Shown piece after piece: positions 59,936 through 64,000 of a stretch of 64,000 bases of DNA. Made by a program: the position numbers and the translations under genes. The notes under the pieces were generated by a model, which searched no databases, was not told where the DNA came from, and saw nothing but the letters and a program-made list of their open reading frames with translations. Each line of letters begins with the position of its first letter. The stretch's first letter is position 1. Source of the stretch: the human T2T-CHM13v2.0 reference genome, Homo sapiens; assembly GCA_009914755.4 (NCBI GenBank), contig CP086569.2, positions 17,856,001 to 17,920,000 of the forward strand, given 5' to 3'.

Positions 59936-60313
59936 GTATGGTTAGGCTCTGTGTCCCCACCAATATCTCATCTTGAATTATAATTCCCATAATTCCCACA
60001 ATTCCCACGTGTCAAGGGAGAGACGAGGTAGAGGTGATTTGATCATGCTGGTGTTTTCCCCCATGCTGTTCTCATGATAGTGAGTGAGTTCCCGCGAGAT
60101 ATGATGGTTTCATAAGAGGCTTTTCACCCCTCACTCTTCACACTCTTTCACCTGCCACCAGGTAAGGCATGCCTCTTCCCCTCGTGCCATGATCATAACT
60201 TTTCTGAGGCCTCCCCAGCCATGCAGAACTGTGAGTCAATTAAACTTCTTTTCTTCATAAATTACGCAGTCTCAGGTTGTATCTTTATAGCAGTGTGAAG
60301 GCAGACTAATATA
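59936..60313 (+). mobile_element. THE1-type MaLR solo LTR, full length (about 375 bp)
   Basis: ggtatggttaggctctgtgtccccaccaatatctcatcttgaattataattcccataattcccac..catgctgttctcatgatagtgagtgagttcccgcgagatatgatggtttcataagaggc..ctgaggcctccccagccatgcagaactgtgagtcaattaaacttcttttcttcataaattacgcagtctcaggttgtatctttatagcagtgtgaaggcagactaatata. Confidence 0.75.
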
Positions 60314-61060
60314 GAACATTTATTACATAGGTAAAATTGTGTGATGAGGATTTGTTGCACAGATTATTTTATCACCTAAGCATTAATTGTAGTACTCAAT
60401 TGATGTATTTTCTGCTCTTCTCCCTCCTCCCATTCTCCACCCTCTTGTGGGTCCCAGTGTCTGTTGTTCCCTTCTTTGGGTCCATGTGTTCTCGTCATTT
60501 AGTTTTCACATTTTTTTTAATTTTTTCTTTCTTTTTTTTTTTTTTTTTGAGATGGAGTCTCACTTTGTCACCCAGGCTGGAGTGCAGTGGCATGACATCG
60601 GCTCACCTCAACCTCCACCTCCCGGGTTAATGCAATTGTCCTGCCTCAGCCTTCTGAGTAGCATGGATTACAGGCATGTGTCACCACACTGGCTAATTTT
60701 TGTATTTTTAGTAGAGATGAGGCTTCACCACGTAGGTCAGGCTGGTCTCCTGACCTCATGATCTGTCCCCCTTGGCCTCCAAAGTGCTATGACTACAGGC
60801 ATGAGCCACCACACCTAGCCTAGTTTCTACTTTTAAGTGAGGACATGTGGTATTTGGTTTGTTTTGTTTTCTGTTTCTACATTAGTTTGAGAAAGACAAT
60901 GGCCTCCAGCTCCATCTATATTACTGAAAACAACATAATCTCATTCTTTTTTATGGCTGTACAATATTCCATGGTCTCACTCAGCTTTGTTTTCTTTCTT
61001 CCTAGTGCAGGATGCAATTCTTGGCTTATGATAGGTCCTCCATGAATATATACCAAACAA
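60314..61060 (-). mobile_element. L1 3'-end region (antisense), interrupted by an Alu at 60515-60816
   Basis: 60314-60514 ..ttgcacagattattttatcacctaagcattaattgtagtactcaattgat..tccatgtgttctcgtcatttagttttcaca. 60817-61060 tagtttctacttttaagtgaggacatgtggtatttggtttgttttgttttctgtttctacattagtttgagaaagacaatggcctccagctccatctat..ttttatggctgtacaatattccatgg. Both are the reverse complement of the L1 3' UTR/ORF2 end. Confidence 0.8.
60515..60816 (-). mobile_element. Alu
   Basis: A poly-T then gagatggagtctcactttgtcacccaggctggagtgcagtggcatgacatcggctcacctcaacctccacctcccgggtt ... ggcatgagccaccacacctagcc. Confidence 0.9.
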
Positions 61061-61229
61061 ATCAGAATGAAGAGGTTGGTAATGATTCAGCAGTTTTCTC
61101 TCATCCATTTTTCATTATTATTCTTACTATTTTATATATTTAGCAGGTACAATTACAGATGTCTTAACATGCATATATTGCAGAGCGGTGAAGTCTCGGC
61201 AGTTTTAACCAATAGATAATGTAACAATC

Positions 61230-61620
61230 ATCACTCCCCTTCCACTTTTCCCATTTTGGTATTCCTCAATTGTCTATTATTCCACTCTTTACGTCCATGT
61301 GTACTCATTGTTTATCTCCACATATAAGTGAAAATATGTAGTATTTGACTTTCTGTTTCTGAGTTATTTTACCTAGAATAATGGCTTCTAGTTTCATCTA
61401 TGTTGCAAAAGAGATGATTTCCTTCTTTTGTATGGCTGATTATTTTTCCACAGTGCACATGTACCACATTATCTTTATCCAGCCCTCTATTGATGGGCAC
61501 TTAGGTTGATTTCATTTCTTTGCTATTGTGACTAGTTCTGCAACAAACATGCAAGTGTAGTTTTCTTTTTGATATGACGATTTATTTTCCTTTGAATACA
61601 TACCGGAAGTTCACCACTTT
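61230..61620 (-). mobile_element. Old L1 fragment (antisense)
   Basis: ..ctccacatataagtgaaaatatgtagtatttgactttctgtttctgagttattttacctagaataatggcttctagtttcatctatgttgcaaaagagatgatttccttcttttgtatggctgattatttttccacagtgcacatgtaccacattatctttatccagccctctattgatgggcacttaggttgatttcatttctttgctattgtgactagttctgcaac.. Confidence 0.8.
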
Positions 61621-61715
61621 GATTACTGAATGCAGAATTTCTAAGGGCATATCATTAATCTATTGAAATCAATCAGAAGAGACTGGGTACTATGTAATTG
61701 CAACTTTGAAGTTAG

Positions 61716-63055
61716 TGTGTCCAGAATTGGTGAGTTCTTGGTCTCCCTGACTTCAAGAATGAAGCCCCGGACCCTTTGCGGTGAGTGTTACAGTTCTTAA
61801 AGATGGTGTGTTCAGAGTCTGTTCCTTCAGATGTTCAGATGTGCCCAGAGTTTCTTCCTTCTGGTGGGTTCGTGGTCTCTCGGACTTCAGGAGTGAAGCT
61901 GCAGACCTTCATGATGAGTGTTACAGCTCTTAACAGTGTCGTGTCCAGAGTTGTTCATTCCTCCCCATTCCAGAGTTGTTCCTCCCTCCCAGCCAGTTTG
62001 TGGTCTCGCTGGCTTCAGGAGTGAAGCTGCAGACCTTCATGGCTAGCCTTACAGCTCATAAAGACCATGGAGACCCAAAGAGTGAGCAGCCACAAGATTT
62101 ATTGTGAAGACCTAAAGAACAGGGCAAAAGAACAAAGCTGCCACAACGTGGAACAGGACCCAAGAAGTTGCACTGCTGGCTCAGATGACCCGCTTTTATT
62201 CCCTTATCTGGCCCCACCCACATCATGCTGATTGGTCCATTTTACAGAGAGCTGATTGATCTATTTTACAGAGAGCTGATTGGTCCATTTTACAGAGAGC
62301 TGATTGGTCCGTTTTGACAGAGTGCTGATTGGTGTGTTTAGAAACCTTTAGCTAGACACAGAGTGCTGATTGGTGTGTTTACAATCCTCAGGCTAGACAG
62401 AAAAGTTCTCCAAGTCCCCACCAGATTAGCTAGACACAGAGTGCTGATTGGTGCATTTACAAACCTTTAACTAGACACAGATTGCTGATTGGTGCATTTA
62501 CAATCCTTTAGCTAGACAGAAAATTTCTCCAAGTCCCCACCCAACCCAGAAGCCCAGGGGATTCACCTCTCACTGCTGGCACTCGCTGCTTTGCGGCACC
62601 TCCTCCTGGCATTCTGGCAGCGCAGAGGGAGCTCCTTAAAAGCAAAAGAGGGGAAGTGAGAAAGAGATGGGAGATCTGCTATCATGGCCAAGGATCTCGC
62701 CAAGAGGAAAAGGCAGTCAACGCTCCAGATTCAGCCTCCAATCAAGCCCAGCAAGCGCCGGCTGGCTGCCCCTAGCGCCGTCTTGCTGAGCCAGCGCTCA
62801 CCTGGAACCTGCTGGCCTGCGATCACTGCTTGCAGCCCTGGCCAAGCCGGTGCCTCTCTCTTCACACTTTCTCGCTAGCACAGGGAGCCGGCTTCGGCCT
62901 CAGCCAGCCCCAGAGAGGGGCCCTCATAGTGCATCGGCAGGCTGAAGGGATCCTCTAGAGTGGCCAGAGTGGACACCAAGGCCGAAGAGGCACAAGAGCG
63001 AGTGAGGGCTGCTAGCACGTTGTCACCTTTCATTAGTAAAGGCTAATTTGTATTT
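61716..63055 (-). mobile_element. LTR12-family (HERV9; LTR12C/D/E-like) solo LTR, about 1.35 kb, near full length
   Basis: On the plus strand: tgtgtccagaattggtgagttcttggtctccctgacttcaagaatgaagccccggaccctttgcggtgagtgttacagttcttaaag..gctgcagaccttcatg..gagacccaaagagtgagcagccacaagatttattgtgaagacc..cccgcttttattcccttatctggccccacccacatcatgctgattggtccattttacagagagctgattg(atc/gtc)cattttacagagagc..(gtgctgattggtg..tttacaa(a/t)cct..gctagacacag)x4 ..gttctccaagtccccacc.. This is the reverse complement of the LTR12 U5-R-U3 with its CCAATCAGC tandem units and AATAAAAG box. Confidence 0.85.
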
Positions 63056-63531
63056 GAGGAAAAAAATCATCCTTTCAGAAATGTATTACAAAATACCAGG
63101 CAGGCTTATCACAGCTGGGATCACTGCCACTATGACACTGTGTGGGGAGTCCATGTCCTCTTACAAATCAGCCTGACTCTTCATATATTTTGTGGCTGAC
63201 TTGTCATTTACCTTTCTTGGAAAGAAGCCAGAAAAAGCTGAGCCTAACCCCAACTTTCTTGTATCCTCCAATATATGCAGCCCTGATGAGATTTCATGGA
63301 ATGTTTTCACACACAGAATATGAAAATTTATTTTGAAAATAGCAGATATATCAGATATTTTATGATAAAATAAGGCACATATACTGGTTGACAGGTCATG
63401 GAGTGTGGCTTTTACTACTAAAGAAGTAACAAGGAAAGTCCATAAAATTAAAAACAAAAATACTTTTCCCTCATCGTTTTGTTTATATGAGATGAATGTC
63501 ACACTGTCTTTTAATATTTCTGTTCGTTTCC

Positions 63532-63968
63532 TTTTTTTTTTTTTTCTTTTTGAGACAAGATCTTGCTCTGTCACCCAGGCTAGAGTAAAATGTGATCATA
63601 ACTCTCTCCCACCTCAACTTCCTGGGCTCAGGTGATCTTCCCATCTCAGCGTCCTGAGTAGTCAGAACCACAGGCACATATCACCACACCCAGCTATTTT
63701 ATTATTATTATTTGTAGAGATAGGGTCTTGCTATGTTGTCCAGGATGGTCTAAAACTCCTGGGCTCAAGTGATTCTTCCACCTCAGCCTCCCGAGTTGTT
63801 GGAATCACAGGCACATACCACTGTGCCCAGCTATTTTAAAAAATTATTTGTAGAGACAGGGTCTTACTATATTGCCTAGGCTGGTATCAAACTCCTGGGC
63901 TCAAACAATCCTCCCACCTCAGCCTCCCAAAGTCCTGAGATTAGAGGAATGAGCCACAGCACCCAGCC
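63532..63968 (-). mobile_element. Alu with an extra monomer (about 435 bp)
   Basis: A T-run then gagacaagatcttgctctgtcacccaggctagagtaaaatgtgatcataactc..ggtgatcttcccatctcagcgtcctgagtagtcagaaccacaggcacatatcaccacacccagctatttt then two further monomer-like units (tttgtagagatagggtcttgctatgttgtccaggatggtctaaaactcctgggctcaagtgattcttccacctcagcctcccgag.. and ..tttgtagagacagggtcttactatattgcctaggctggtatcaaactcctgggctcaaacaatcctcccacctcagcctcccaaagtcctgagattagaggaatgagccacagcacccagcc). Confidence 0.8.
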
Positions 63969-64000
63969 AACATTTCTATTTTTTCTACTAAAATGCTCTT

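Noticed and set aside
59936-60313. Possible PRDM9 hotspot 13-mer (CCNCCNTNNCCNC) in the THE1 LTRs
   Set aside because: The THE1 copies here read CCTCCCCAGCCATGC (59936 copy) and, in reverse complement, CTTCCCTAGCCATG (48701 copy). Both miss the motif at one or more fixed positions, so no exact hotspot motif is present.

Overview
This window is primate, almost certainly human, non-coding DNA dominated by interspersed repeats. There are at least 13 Alu elements, several L1 (LINE-1) copies, solo ERV LTRs, DNA-transposon relics and a few micro/minisatellites. I find no convincing cellular protein-coding exon and no RNA gene other than a possible miR-548-type hairpin in a mariner-derived MITE. There is nothing prokaryotic and no CRISPR.

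The most structured feature is a nested retroelement. An old L1 (+ strand, coordinates 1-12476) is split inside ORF2 by a roughly 6.3-kb HERV-K-like (betaretroviral, HML-type but not HML-2) provirus at 4179-10450. The provirus has two LTRs of about 1 kb and a Lys-tRNA-like primer binding site. Its gag begins MGQ but is truncated and is followed by a 57-bp tandem array, and it retains pol RNase H/integrase and env remnants. A polypurine tract precedes the 3' LTR, and a perfect 6-bp target-site duplication GTATTG flanks the element.

Other notable features are:
- a near full-length but disrupted L1PA (+ strand, 35531-41584) with flanking target-site duplication;
- a 4.7-kb L1PA (- strand, 20122-24810) nested in an older L1;
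- two LTR12 (HERV9-type) solo LTRs;
- THE1/MST MaLR LTRs;
- three copies of one non-autonomous DNA transposon;
- a duplicated MADE1 element carrying the miR-548c-5p sequence;
- a 390-bp (GATGRT)n array and a 24-bp-unit minisatellite.

All repeat-family calls rest on remembered consensus sequences. Coordinates are approximate to about 10-30 bp unless stated otherwise.
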